DNA from: Bacillota bacterium
GTDB taxonomy: Bacteria; Bacillota; Clostridia; Lachnospirales; Lachnospiraceae
DNA length: 64,000 nucleotides
Assembly (NCBI GenBank): GCA_023392995.1
Contig: JAEWMZ010000249.1
Location: 5,199 to 69,198 of the forward strand
Direction: 5' to 3'
Shown: positions 8,292-17,848 of the stretch, one piece after another
Layout: each line of letters starts with the position of its first letter
Position numbering within the stretch: position 1 is the stretch's first letter
The notes under the pieces: model-generated
What the model was told of the DNA's origin: nothing
Databases searched by the model: none
Seen by the model: the letters and a program-made list of their open reading frames with translations, nothing else
Made by a program: the position numbers and the translations under genes

Positions 8292-10931
8292 ATGAAGTAC
8301 TATCTTGAGCAAGTGGAAGATGTATTAGAAGCGGTGAAGAGCGAAACAGCCGGTCTATCCGATTCAGAAGCAGGACTTCGACTGGAGAAGAACGGAAAGA
8401 ACAAATTAACAGAGGCGAAAAAGGATGGAATGATCAAACGTTTTCTGGCGCAGCTGAAGGATCCAATGATTATCATTTTACTTGCGGCAGCATTGGTATC
8501 CGGGTTAACTTCTCTGTATGCAGGTGAATCCTTTGCCGATGTTTTCATCATTCTCTTTGTAGTTATTGTAAATGCAGTATTAGGTGTTTACCAGGAGAAC
8601 AAGGCGGAGAAAGCCATTGAGGCACTGCAGGAGATGGCCGCAGCCACCAGTAAGGTACTGCGAAACGGCAGCATTAAGAATGTGAAGAGCGAGGAATTGG
8701 TTGTTGGTGATGTCGTTCTTCTGGAAGCAGGAGATGCAGTACCGGCGGATTGCCGTATCTTTGAAAGCGCCAGCTTAAAGATTGAAGAGGCCGCACTTAC
8801 GGGAGAGTCCGTACCCGTAAATAAGGTGATGGAACTGCTTTCCTTAAAGAATGGGGAAAAAGAAGTTTCCTTAGGTGACAGAAAGAACATGGCGTATATG
8901 GGAAGTACCGTTGTATATGGCCGTGGCAAGGCTGTTGTAGTTGCAACCGGTATGGAAACAGAGATGGGTAAGATCGCGGATGCCATCGCACAGACGCAGG
9001 AGAATGAAACTCCGCTCCAGATTAAATTAAAGCAGCTTAGCAAGATCTTAAGTATTCTTGTGATTGGTATCTGCGTTTTCATCTTTGCATTCAGCTTACT
9101 TCGTAATGGTGATTTTAGCGGTGAGGTGGTTCTGGATACCTTTATGGTAGCAGTGAGCCTTGCGGTTGCCGCAATCCCGGAGGGACTTGCTGCAGTAGTA
9201 ACGATCGTGCTTTCGATCGGTGTTACCAATATGAGTAAGCGTAATGCTGTAATTCGCCGCTTAACAGCAGTTGAAACCTTAGGATGTACTCAGATTATCT
9301 GTAGTGATAAAACGGGTACCCTGACCCAGAACAAGATGACCGTAGTAGACCATTATGCTGCGGATGAAGGAATGCTTGCTAAGGCAATGGCATTATGCTG
9401 CGATGCTGAATTAGAAAATGGAACTGCCGTTGGAGAGCCGACAGAATGTGCGTTAGTAAATTATGCGGCAAGCTTAAATTTATTAAAGCCGGATCTGAAA
9501 AAGGAATATCCTCGTATTGGGGAAGCTCCCTTTGATTCCAGCCGTAAGATGATGTCTACCGTACATAAAGATAATGATGAAATTCTTCAATTTACCAAGG
9601 GTGCACCGGATGAAATTCTGCGTCTATGTACTTACTTTGTTGAAGATGGCAAGATTCTTCCGATAACAGAAGAAAAGCGTGCCGAGATACTGAAAGAGAA
9701 TAAGACAATGGCTGGTAAGGCACTCCGTGTACTTGCAGCAGCCTGCTATAACCATACTTCGGTACCAGCGGAATTCTCGCCGGAGAGCTTGGAGCATGAT
9801 CTGATCTTCCTTGGCTTAACTGGTATGATCGATCCTGTGCGTCCTGAGGTAATTGATGCTATTAAGGAATGCCGTACAGCAGGAATCCGTCCGATCATGA
9901 TTACAGGTGATCATAAGGATACAGCAGTAGCGATTGCAACGGAAATCGGTATCATTAACAATCCAAGTCAAGCAATTACGGGCGCTCAGTTAAATGAGAT
10001 CTCAGATGAGGAGCTTGATAAGACCATTCAGAATTATGGTGTATATGCACGTGTACAGCCGGAGCATAAGGTACGTATCGTTAATGCCTGGAAGAAGAAA
10101 GAGATGATAACGGCTATGACGGGTGATGGTGTTAATGATGCACCGTCCATCAAGAGCGCAGACATCGGTGTTGGTATGGGTATCACCGGTACGGATGTTA
10201 CCAAGAATGTAGCTGATATGGTACTTGCAGATGATAACTTTGCTTCCATCGTATCTGCGGTTGAAGAAGGAAGACGTATTTATGATAATATTCGTAAGGC
10301 AATTCAGTTCCTGTTGTCTTCTAATTTAAGTGAAGTGCTTTCTATCTTTCTAGCTACCGTATTAGGCTTTACCGTTATGAAGCCGGTGCATATCCTATGG
10401 ATTAATTTAATAACAGACTGCTTCCCGGCGCTTGCCTTAGGTATGGAAAAGGGAGAAAAGGATTTGATGGAGCGCAAGCCCAGATCCTCCAAAGAAGGAA
10501 TTTTCTCTGGTGGAGTTGGATTTGATGTAATATATCAGGGTGCCATGGTAAGTATATTAACCTTATCAGCTTACTTCATTGGCCATTATATAGAGTCCGG
10601 TAAATGGGAATTTGTAACCAGTGCAGATGGCATGACAATGGCATTTCTTACAATGAGTATGGCTGAGATTTTCCACAGCTTTAATATGAGAAGCCAGCGA
10701 GGCTCCATCTTCCGCATGAATACAAGAAATATAGCACTGATCGGAGCAATGGTTATTAGCTTTATCCTTACGACAGCTGTAATTTACATACCATTTTTCC
10801 GTGAGATTTTTCAATTTGAACACATTAGTCTGATGGAGTATGGAATTGCTATGCTGCTGGCAGTTAGTGTTATTCCGATTGTTGAGGTTGTGAAGGCAAT
10901 TCAACGAGCTGCTGCAAGAAAAGCAGAATAA
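8292..10931 (+). CDS. Cation-translocating P-type ATPase, P2A (Ca2+/Mn2+) type
   Basis: TGES, IPEGL, DKTGTLT, KGAP, GDGVNDAP, WINLITD. Confidence 0.95.
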   Translation: MKYYLEQVEDVLEAVKSETAGLSDSEAGLRLEKNGKNKLTEAKKDGMIKRFLAQLKDPMIIILLAAALVSGLTSLYAGESFADVFIILFVVIVNAVLGVYQENKAEKAIEALQEMAAATSKVLRNGSIKNVKSEELVVGDVVLLEAGDAVPADCRIFESASLKIEEAALTGESVPVNKVMELLSLKNGEKEVSLGDRKNMAYMGSTVVYGRGKAVVVATGMETEMGKIADAIAQTQENETPLQIKLKQLSKILSILVIGICVFIFAFSLLRNGDFSGEVVLDTFMVAVSLAVAAIPEGLAAVVTIVLSIGVTNMSKRNAVIRRLTAVETLGCTQIICSDKTGTLTQNKMTVVDHYAADEGMLAKAMALCCDAELENGTAVGEPTECALVNYAASLNLLKPDLKKEYPRIGEAPFDSSRKMMSTVHKDNDEILQFTKGAPDEILRLCTYFVEDGKILPITEEKRAEILKENKTMAGKALRVLAAACYNHTSVPAEFSPESLEHDLIFLGLTGMIDPVRPEVIDAIKECRTAGIRPIMITGDHKDTAVAIATEIGIINNPSQAITGAQLNEISDEELDKTIQNYGVYARVQPEHKVRIVNAWKKKEMITAMTGDGVNDAPSIKSADIGVGMGITGTDVTKNVADMVLADDNFASIVSAVEEGRRIYDNIRKAIQFLLSSNLSEVLSIFLATVLGFTVMKPVHILWINLITDCFPALALGMEKGEKDLMERKPRSSKEGIFSGGVGFDVIYQGAMVSILTLSAYFIGHYIESGKWEFVTSADGMTMAFLTMSMAEIFHSFNMRSQRGSIFRMNTRNIALIGAMVISFILTTAVIYIPFFREIFQFEHISLMEYGIAMLLAVSVIPIVEVVKAIQRAAARKAE

Positions 10932-10960
10932 GAAGCTTATTCCAATAATATTGCGCCTAT

Positions 10961-11005
10961 AAAAAGAGGATGCCCCAGATGATCATTTTTGGGGCGTTTT
11001 CTTTT
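10961..11005. terminator. Bidirectional terminator between the ATPase and AraC genes
   Basis: AAAAGAGGATGCCCCA...TGGGGCGTTTTCTTTT. Confidence 0.7.
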
Positions 11006-11852
11006 ATTCACTTTTCCGCAGGGCTCTCGGTGTGGTATGAAAGCGGTCATAAAACATCTTACGAAACAGCTTGTAATTTGTAAAGCCATGCTTTTCCAAG
11101 AGCTGGTAGATCGGAGTATTCGTACTGCGAAGCTCCTCATAGATGTATTGAATACGAAGCTGGTTTAAATAGAAAAGATAGGTACAGCCCATATTGTTTT
11201 TGAAAAACCGGCAGAAGTATTTCGGCTGAAAGCCGGCAATCTTAGCGATCTCAGCCAGTGAGATGTCAGAGGCATGGTTTGCTTCTGAATAGGACATGAT
11301 ATCGGATAGAATCGATAAATTCTTTGTGTGCTTTAAGTAATTCAACGGATGAAGCTCAATACAAAAATCCCGGCAGAGCAGATACAATAGATCATAGAGC
11401 AGGCTGTTAAGCTTTAACTTATAACCAGTACTTTGCCTCAGCTCTAAATCATACATTTCTCTTAATATATTGATGAAAGGAAGTATTCTATAATACTCGG
11501 GAGACTGCGTTGTCAGGAAAGGCACCAAAAAATTCAGCTGCTCTATATTGGGAATGTAATGTTTTAGTAAATGTTGTGGAATCTGGATCAATAGAGCATA
11601 ATTTTCCTTGATGCATCTTGTGGAATGAATGACTTTGGCATTGATTAATAAGAAGGTATCTTCACGCAATTCGTAAGTCTGGTCCGCAATTGTAATCTTT
11701 AAGTCGCCTTGATGGATATATAGGATCTCAATTGCGTCATGCCAATGGCTGACGGTGTAATCGCCAGTAGAGTAGCTGGAACGAATCAGCGCCTGCTGAT
11801 ATTCCGGCAGATAGATGGATTCATAGATTGGAGACAAGGAATCATTTAACAT
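11004..11852 (-). CDS. AraC family regulator (cupin + HTH), divergent from GH30
   Basis: HWHDAIEI cupin; YFCRFFK...TP HTH. Confidence 0.9.
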   Translation of the reverse strand: MLNDSLSPIYESIYLPEYQQALIRSSYSTGDYTVSHWHDAIEILYIHQGDLKITIADQTYELREDTFLLINAKVIHSTRCIKENYALLIQIPQHLLKHYIPNIEQLNFLVPFLTTQSPEYYRILPFINILREMYDLELRQSTGYKLKLNSLLYDLLYLLCRDFCIELHPLNYLKHTKNLSILSDIMSYSEANHASDISLAEIAKIAGFQPKYFCRFFKNNMGCTYLFYLNQLRIQYIYEELRSTNTPIYQLLEKHGFTNYKLFRKMFYDRFHTTPRALRKSE

Positions 11853-12275
11853 AGAGAACTCCTTTTTTGAAAATTAAGGATAGGTATAACAATCAGTAAA
11901 TTTATAAACAATAAGTGTTCCTAACGGATAAGAATATAAAGATAGTATAACATAGAAGAAGTCGAATAAAAAGATACGATTGACCTAATAAGTGAGAATA
12001 TAGTACCTAATATGTGAATAGAAAAATCACTATAATACATATATACTAGTTATCATAGCTGACGGGTAATACGCTGTAATCAATTAAGTTGACATATTCC
12101 TTTGAAATTAAGTTGGATTTGTCTGTAAAAGTAGGAGATCAGTGAGCAGCAAGGTACGATGGATACAGAATGCGGATTTACAGGAGAGCGAGAAGATTGG
12201 TTCTCAGCATAATAATTTGATGCAGATGAAGAAGATATACTTACAATGATAAAAATAGAAAGGTAGGATAATGGC

Positions 12276-13628
12276 ATGAAAAATGTAACGTGGATCAGCT
12301 CAACACAAGAAAATCCCTGGCAGCAGCAGGAGGCAAAAGCTTCCGAGGGCAGGGGGCGTCTCTATGTAGAAACAACAGGAGAAACGGATCAGACAATGGA
12401 AGGGTTTGGAGGTTGCTTCAATGAACTTGGCTGGATCGCCCTTAGTAAGGCAAATGCGGAAGAAAGAGCAGAAGTATTCAAGAATTTTTTCGGTTCTGAG
12501 GAAGCAGATTTTAGCTTATGCCGGATGCCGGTTGGCGCAAATGATTTTTCGGAACGTTGGTATAGCTATGATGAAACTCCGGAGGATTATCAAATGGAGC
12601 ATTTCACCATCGAAAGAGATCGGGAATATTTATTGCCTTATATCAGGGAGGCTAAGAAGATAAAGTCAGAGTTTAAGATGTTTGCATCACCCTGGAGCCC
12701 TCCGACCTGGATGAAGGTGAGACCGGTTTACAATGTTGGCACACCTCTGCGTATGGAACCGGAGGTATTAAAGGCATATGCGCTGTATTTCGAAAAATTC
12801 GTACGTGCCTATGAGGCAGAAGGTGTAGAGATTCATCAGCTCCATGTCCAAAATGAGCCCTTTGCTGCACAAAACTTCCCGTCCTGTGTCTGGACACCGG
12901 AGCAATTTCGAACCTTTATCGGGGAATATTTAGGACCTCATTTTGAAAAAGCAGGGCTTAATACGGAGCTTTGGCTAGGAACCCTGAACGGACCTTATGA
13001 AACCTCATTTCCATATTCCACGAGTATGGGACCTTCAGTAGAAGCGAATTACGAACGTTATGTCAGCAGTATTCTGTTTGATGAGAAGGTTATGAAGTAT
13101 ATCAAAGGCGTGGGCTATCAATGGGACGGTAAGCACGCAGTCGATAAAACACATCAGAGCTTTCCCCAGCTAAAGCTCATGCAGACGGAAAGTGAATGCG
13201 GTATGGGTGCTAATGATTGGAGACACGCGGAATATATCTTTAGCTTAATGAATCATTATTTCCGTTATGGTGCAACCGCTTATGTATATTGGAATATGGC
13301 ACTGGAACCAGGAGGCTTAAGCACCTGGGGCTGGCCGCAGAACAGCTTGGTAACGGTGCTGCCGGACGGGAAAGTTAGGTATAATCCTGAATATTATGTG
13401 ATGAAGCATTTTTCTAGTGCAGTAAAGCCGGGTGCTGTGTACTTAAAAATCAAGGGACCTTGGGCATCTGCCTCAAGTGCGTTCCTTAATCCGGATGGAA
13501 GTGTTGCCTTAATTGTCCACAATGCACAGAAGGAAGAGCAGGAATTCACATTCTCACATAAAGGAGAGTGCATTACAGCCAAACTTTCCGCTAACTCAAT
13601 GCATACCTTTATTCTGAACGCAGAGTAA
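12276..13628 (+). CDS. Glycoside hydrolase family 30
   Basis: GFGGCFNE, ASPWSPPTWMK, acid/base QNEP, nucleophile region QTESECG, YWNM; no signal peptide. Confidence 0.9.
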   Translation: MKNVTWISSTQENPWQQQEAKASEGRGRLYVETTGETDQTMEGFGGCFNELGWIALSKANAEERAEVFKNFFGSEEADFSLCRMPVGANDFSERWYSYDETPEDYQMEHFTIERDREYLLPYIREAKKIKSEFKMFASPWSPPTWMKVRPVYNVGTPLRMEPEVLKAYALYFEKFVRAYEAEGVEIHQLHVQNEPFAAQNFPSCVWTPEQFRTFIGEYLGPHFEKAGLNTELWLGTLNGPYETSFPYSTSMGPSVEANYERYVSSILFDEKVMKYIKGVGYQWDGKHAVDKTHQSFPQLKLMQTESECGMGANDWRHAEYIFSLMNHYFRYGATAYVYWNMALEPGGLSTWGWPQNSLVTVLPDGKVRYNPEYYVMKHFSSAVKPGAVYLKIKGPWASASSAFLNPDGSVALIVHNAQKEEQEFTFSHKGECITAKLSANSMHTFILNAE

Positions 13629-13684
13629 AGATGATAAGGTAGAATAAGAGGATACTAGTCTTAATCTCAATAATATTAGATTGA

Positions 13685-13849
13685 ATTTCCTCCATAGCCA
13701 TGGAAATCTCTGCCTCCTCGGAAGAAATCTCTGCCTCTTCAGAAGAGATGAGCGCTTCCTCTCAAGAAGTCGCCTCTGCTGCAGTTGTACTGAATCAGGT
13801 TACGAAGCAGATGGTGGAAGAAGTGGAACGGTTCAAGGTCAAATCATAA
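13685..13849 (+). pseudogene. C-terminal remnant of an MCP
   Basis: Frame not in the ORF track: ISSIAMEISASSEEISASSEEMSASSQEVASAAVVLNQVTKQMVEEVERFKVKS*; in-frame stop directly upstream. Confidence 0.85.
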
Positions 13850-14140
13850 TTATTTATGATTCCTTCTATCATGCCTATAAAGTATACATAGGATGTGTGC
13901 ATAAAAAGGTATCAAGGGGAAATTCTACTCATGATAACTTAGCTTAGGTGTAGTCTACTGGCTGAGTATAGGGTGTAATCGGAAAATGAACTAGTGATAT
14001 TGGGAAATAGAAAGAACTAAATCCTGTTTGCGAAACAGGATAAAATAACTTATAATGAAATGAATGAAAAGGGGCTGTTGAAAAATACAGTCCCTTTGAC
14101 TAAAAAGATAAGTGCCGTGATTGGAAAGTGAGGAAGAATA

Positions 14141-14953
14141 ATGTACGATAAAGTGTTAGAATCGACTCAATATATTAAAGAAAGGATCAGTCTCTCTCCA
14201 AAGCTGGCCATTGTTCTGGGCTCCGGTCTTGGTGATATTGTAGACTCCCTTACAGAGGTTGAGATAGTGGATTATAAAGATATCCCTAATTTTCCGCAGT
14301 CCACAGTGGAAGGACATGTGGGAAGAATGGTAGCGGGCAGATTTAAAGGTGTGGAAGTGCTGGTTTTGCAGGGAAGATTTCATTTTTATGAAGGTTATTC
14401 CATGAAGGAAGTAACGTATCCTGTCTTTGTAATGAAGCTGCTGGGTATTGAGACATTAATGCTTACGAATGCCTGCGGAGGTATTAATGAGAGCTTCTCT
14501 CCTGGGACAATCATGCTCATACATGACTTTATTAATCTTATGCCTTCCAATCCGCTTGTTGGTGTGAATGACGAGCGGTTTGGACCTAGATTTCCAGACA
14601 TGACAGAGCCCTATAGTAAAAAGCTGCTGGAGCTGGCAAAGGGATTGGCGGAAAAGAATACAATTCCCTATGGAGTAGGAGTATATGCCGGCTTTCCCGG
14701 ACCGTACTATGAGACAGCCGCAGAGATCAGGATGATAAAAGGCTTTGGTGCGGATGCCGTTGGTATGTCAACAGTACCAGAAACAATCGCAGCCAACTAC
14801 CTGGGAATACAGGTGCTTGGATTAGCCGTTATCACTAACATGGCAACAGGAATCCAAAAAGTAAAGCATTCCCACGAAAGAGTTCTTGAAATCGCTAAGA
14901 AAGCTTCTAGCGATTTAACCTGTCTTATCAGCGGCGTGGTTGAAGGATTATAG
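14141..14953 (+). CDS. punA: Purine nucleoside phosphorylase (trimeric type)
   Basis: VLGSGLG, GRFHFYEG, TNACGG, GPYYET, VGMSTVPE. Confidence 0.95.
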   Translation: MYDKVLESTQYIKERISLSPKLAIVLGSGLGDIVDSLTEVEIVDYKDIPNFPQSTVEGHVGRMVAGRFKGVEVLVLQGRFHFYEGYSMKEVTYPVFVMKLLGIETLMLTNACGGINESFSPGTIMLIHDFINLMPSNPLVGVNDERFGPRFPDMTEPYSKKLLELAKGLAEKNTIPYGVGVYAGFPGPYYETAAEIRMIKGFGADAVGMSTVPETIAANYLGIQVLGLAVITNMATGIQKVKHSHERVLEIAKKASSDLTCLISGVVEGL

Positions 14954-15182
14954 AGTATTAATTCATAATAAATGGTATTCAAGACGGATAACAATATAAT
15001 CTTTAGGTACATGAGGTAAGTCATCTTGAGAAACTTACTGTTAACCCCGGATATGTGCGAATGACAGTATAATTTGGATTGTAGGAAAATATCTAAAATA
15101 GCGTGATTACTATTGAACAAATCAGTGTAAGGAGCGTCCGGAGTATTGAAAAATGATTATGTCTTCATCAGATTTTAACGCG

Positions 15183-15241
15183 TTCTAAAAATAAGCGTCT
15201 TCTTCCAATTATGTATTGGAGGTAGGCGCTTATTTTTAGAA
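15183..15241. terminator. Strong inverted repeat at the border between core genes and the glycoside region
   Basis: TTCTAAAAATAAGCG...CGCTTATTTTTAGAA. Confidence 0.65.
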
Positions 15242-15415
15242 GTAGCCGCTGATCTATTACAGTGCATACATGATAGAACACATTAAGGAGAATGAGAAGA
15301 TAGGGCTTTTTAGTTGGCTTCATTTAAAATCCTTTTCTAAAAATTTAGTGTTAAAATGTCTGAAAGAATTAGAACGATGATTAATAGAGAGTATAGATAA
15401 GATTATAATAGAGTG

Positions 15416-15455
15416 CACAATTTTACAATACAATATTAGATGATAACAATATAAT
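15416..15455 (+). promoter_or_regulatory. Putative AraC-activated promoter
   Basis: CACAATTTTACAATA (15416-15430), 19 bp, then TATAAT (15450-15455). Confidence 0.6.
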
Positions 15456-15615
15456 TTAATGGAGTCGAGTAATGAGGATTCATCAGTTCCTCATAAACAT
15501 AGGAGCCTCCTACTACGATGGTCATATGGGTTTTATACTAATATGGCTTTAAAAAAGTGTGAAACAACTAAATTAAAAGGAGGGTATGGGCTTATGTAAC
15601 CATACAAGATAAATC

Positions 15616-17718
15616 ATGCAGGAAAATAAATTATATGTAGGAGTTATTGGCACAGGAGCGATTAGCGATATTTATCTAAAAAATATGAGCCAAATGTTTG
15701 GTAATTTAGAGCTGGAAGCGATTGCTTCAAAGCACTTTGAGAATGCTGTGAAGAAAGCGAAGGAGTATGGTATTAAAGCAGAGACAACAGAGGAATTAAT
15801 TCATAATCCAAAGGTGGATTTAGTTGTTGTTTTGACCCCTGTTGGTTCACATTATGAACTTATAAGAGCGGCATTACTCGCTGGAAAGCATGTTTATACA
15901 GAAAAAACAATTACAGATGATCTTGTTAAGGCAAAAGAACTCATGGATATTGCAAATGAAAAAGGCTTATGCTTGGGCTCAGCCCCAGATACTTTTATGG
16001 GGGCAGCATATCAAACTGCTCAAAGAGCAATCGCCAGTGGACTGATTGGAGAAGTAAATTCATTCGCTATTTCAGCAAACCGTGACAATAATTTATTACT
16101 CAGTCTTTATCCATATTTACGTGAATCAGGTGCCGGAGTACTGTTTGACTATGGTGTTTATTACATAACTGCACTTGTTAGTTTGCTGGGATCAGTTGAA
16201 CGTGTAGGGGGTATTTTAGAAATGCCTTATAAAACATATACGAATATTATTCCTGGCATGCCGGATTATGGTAAAGTTATGGATAATCCAAATGAAAGTA
16301 GAGTATCTGCAATCCTAAAGATGAAGAATGGAATTTCAGGAACCCTGCATATTGATGGTAACAATATTATCACTGATCAAGCATATTTCTCTATTTATGG
16401 CACAAAAGGGATTTTATATATGACAGATCCCAATACATTTGGCGGAGAAGTTAAATTTCTTCCATATTCATTGGATCCAAGAATAAAAATAGATCCAATC
16501 AACCTATGGAATTTTTCGGATTATATGGAAGACTCTCGTGGACTTGGTCCATCTGATATAGCGAATGCAGTACTAAATTGTAAAAAGTGCCGAGCATCCA
16601 AAGAACTTGCATTTCACGTGTTGGAAATCTTGGAATCGATTAAGCAAGGTGGTGACAATGGTGCGTTTATTGATATCAAATCTTTCTGTGATAAACCAGA
16701 ACCCATGCCACTTGCAAGTGTTCCAATTACGAATATTGGACATGCTTCATTTGTTGCGAGAAATATGGAGGAAATGCTCCATTTTTATGAAGGTATCTTA
16801 GGAATGAAGCGCCTGTTTACGTTGACAATGAACGAACTTGCAGACTGGGTCGAAAAAAAATACGACCTTAGCAAGGAGGAGGTATCAAAATTAAGGTCAA
16901 GTGGTGACCAGCCATGGATTGAGTACTTAAAACTTGCAGACCACCAATATATAGAACTGTTCCATAATATAGAAGGAGAAAAGAAAAAATTCGTAGATAG
17001 GCAAGATTACTATGGTTATGTAAAGCTGAACTATGAAGTTGACGATATTGAAGCGATAAAAAAAGTTCTTGTTGATGCTGGAGTTGAGATGAAACAAGAT
17101 ATACGAAAAGTAGTCGACGGTGCTTTGGAATTAGTGGTACATGATCCAGACGGAAACGAAGTTCAATTTACACAGTATGATAAAAACGGATTACTCCCAC
17201 TGACCGAAAAGAAAGAACATAAAGTTTGCTCACAGGTAAAGTTCACAACTCAGGTGGCATATAACGTAAAGGACATAGTAAATATGAAGAACTTTTACTG
17301 TCAGGGATTGGGACTTAGATGTGTAAAGACAGTAACTTATGGTGACCTGGTACAATATTTAGAAGGAATGGGTGCTGAAGAAGAATTAATTACAAATCTA
17401 AAGATGATACTCGATGAGCCATGGATCGATTATATTGAAGTAGCACCACATCAGTATATTGAGCTATTCTACACGAAAGGAGCTACGAAAAAAGAGATAC
17501 GAGATTTGAGTGGATATTATAATTATCAGCACTTGTGTCTTGAAGTTTCGGATATTAATGAAGCGAAAGAAGCTGTTATGAAAAATGGAATTAAGCTGGA
17601 TAATGATATCGATTTGGGCCTTGATGGTGCATATCAATTGTGGATTGTTGATCCGGATGGCAATCGCATTGAATTAATGCAATACACTAAAAAATCGAAA
17701 CAATTGATTGATAAATAA
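15616..17718 (+). CDS. Gfo/Idh/MocA oxidoreductase fused to two VOC (glyoxalase-fold) domains
   Basis: VGVIGTGAIS, GKHVYTEK, SAPDTFMG; then two repeats each with YIELF and DPDGN. Confidence 0.85.
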   Translation: MQENKLYVGVIGTGAISDIYLKNMSQMFGNLELEAIASKHFENAVKKAKEYGIKAETTEELIHNPKVDLVVVLTPVGSHYELIRAALLAGKHVYTEKTITDDLVKAKELMDIANEKGLCLGSAPDTFMGAAYQTAQRAIASGLIGEVNSFAISANRDNNLLLSLYPYLRESGAGVLFDYGVYYITALVSLLGSVERVGGILEMPYKTYTNIIPGMPDYGKVMDNPNESRVSAILKMKNGISGTLHIDGNNIITDQAYFSIYGTKGILYMTDPNTFGGEVKFLPYSLDPRIKIDPINLWNFSDYMEDSRGLGPSDIANAVLNCKKCRASKELAFHVLEILESIKQGGDNGAFIDIKSFCDKPEPMPLASVPITNIGHASFVARNMEEMLHFYEGILGMKRLFTLTMNELADWVEKKYDLSKEEVSKLRSSGDQPWIEYLKLADHQYIELFHNIEGEKKKFVDRQDYYGYVKLNYEVDDIEAIKKVLVDAGVEMKQDIRKVVDGALELVVHDPDGNEVQFTQYDKNGLLPLTEKKEHKVCSQVKFTTQVAYNVKDIVNMKNFYCQGLGLRCVKTVTYGDLVQYLEGMGAEEELITNLKMILDEPWIDYIEVAPHQYIELFYTKGATKKEIRDLSGYYNYQHLCLEVSDINEAKEAVMKNGIKLDNDIDLGLDGAYQLWIVDPDGNRIELMQYTKKSKQLIDK

Positions 17719-17848
17719 ATAGTAAATTGAACGGCATTATGTGAAAGTCTGAAAAATTGGGTATCCATACGTCAGACAGGTCAGTATTCAGGCCTTATAA
17801 AGTCAGACTAAGAGAATCTAATAAGACGTTACAATAGGAGGAAATTCA

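Noticed and set aside
13681..13947. 88-aa ORF from the track
   Set aside because: Shadow frame; the real signal is the MCP remnant in another frame
13950..14140. Purine riboswitch upstream of punA
   Set aside because: No TTTCTAC...CCGTAAA core; only a small hairpin at about 14068-14097
15130..15190. Leader peptide before the 15183 hairpin
   Set aside because: Weak RBS, no informative codon run, and about 370 nt from the next gene, which has its own candidate promoter
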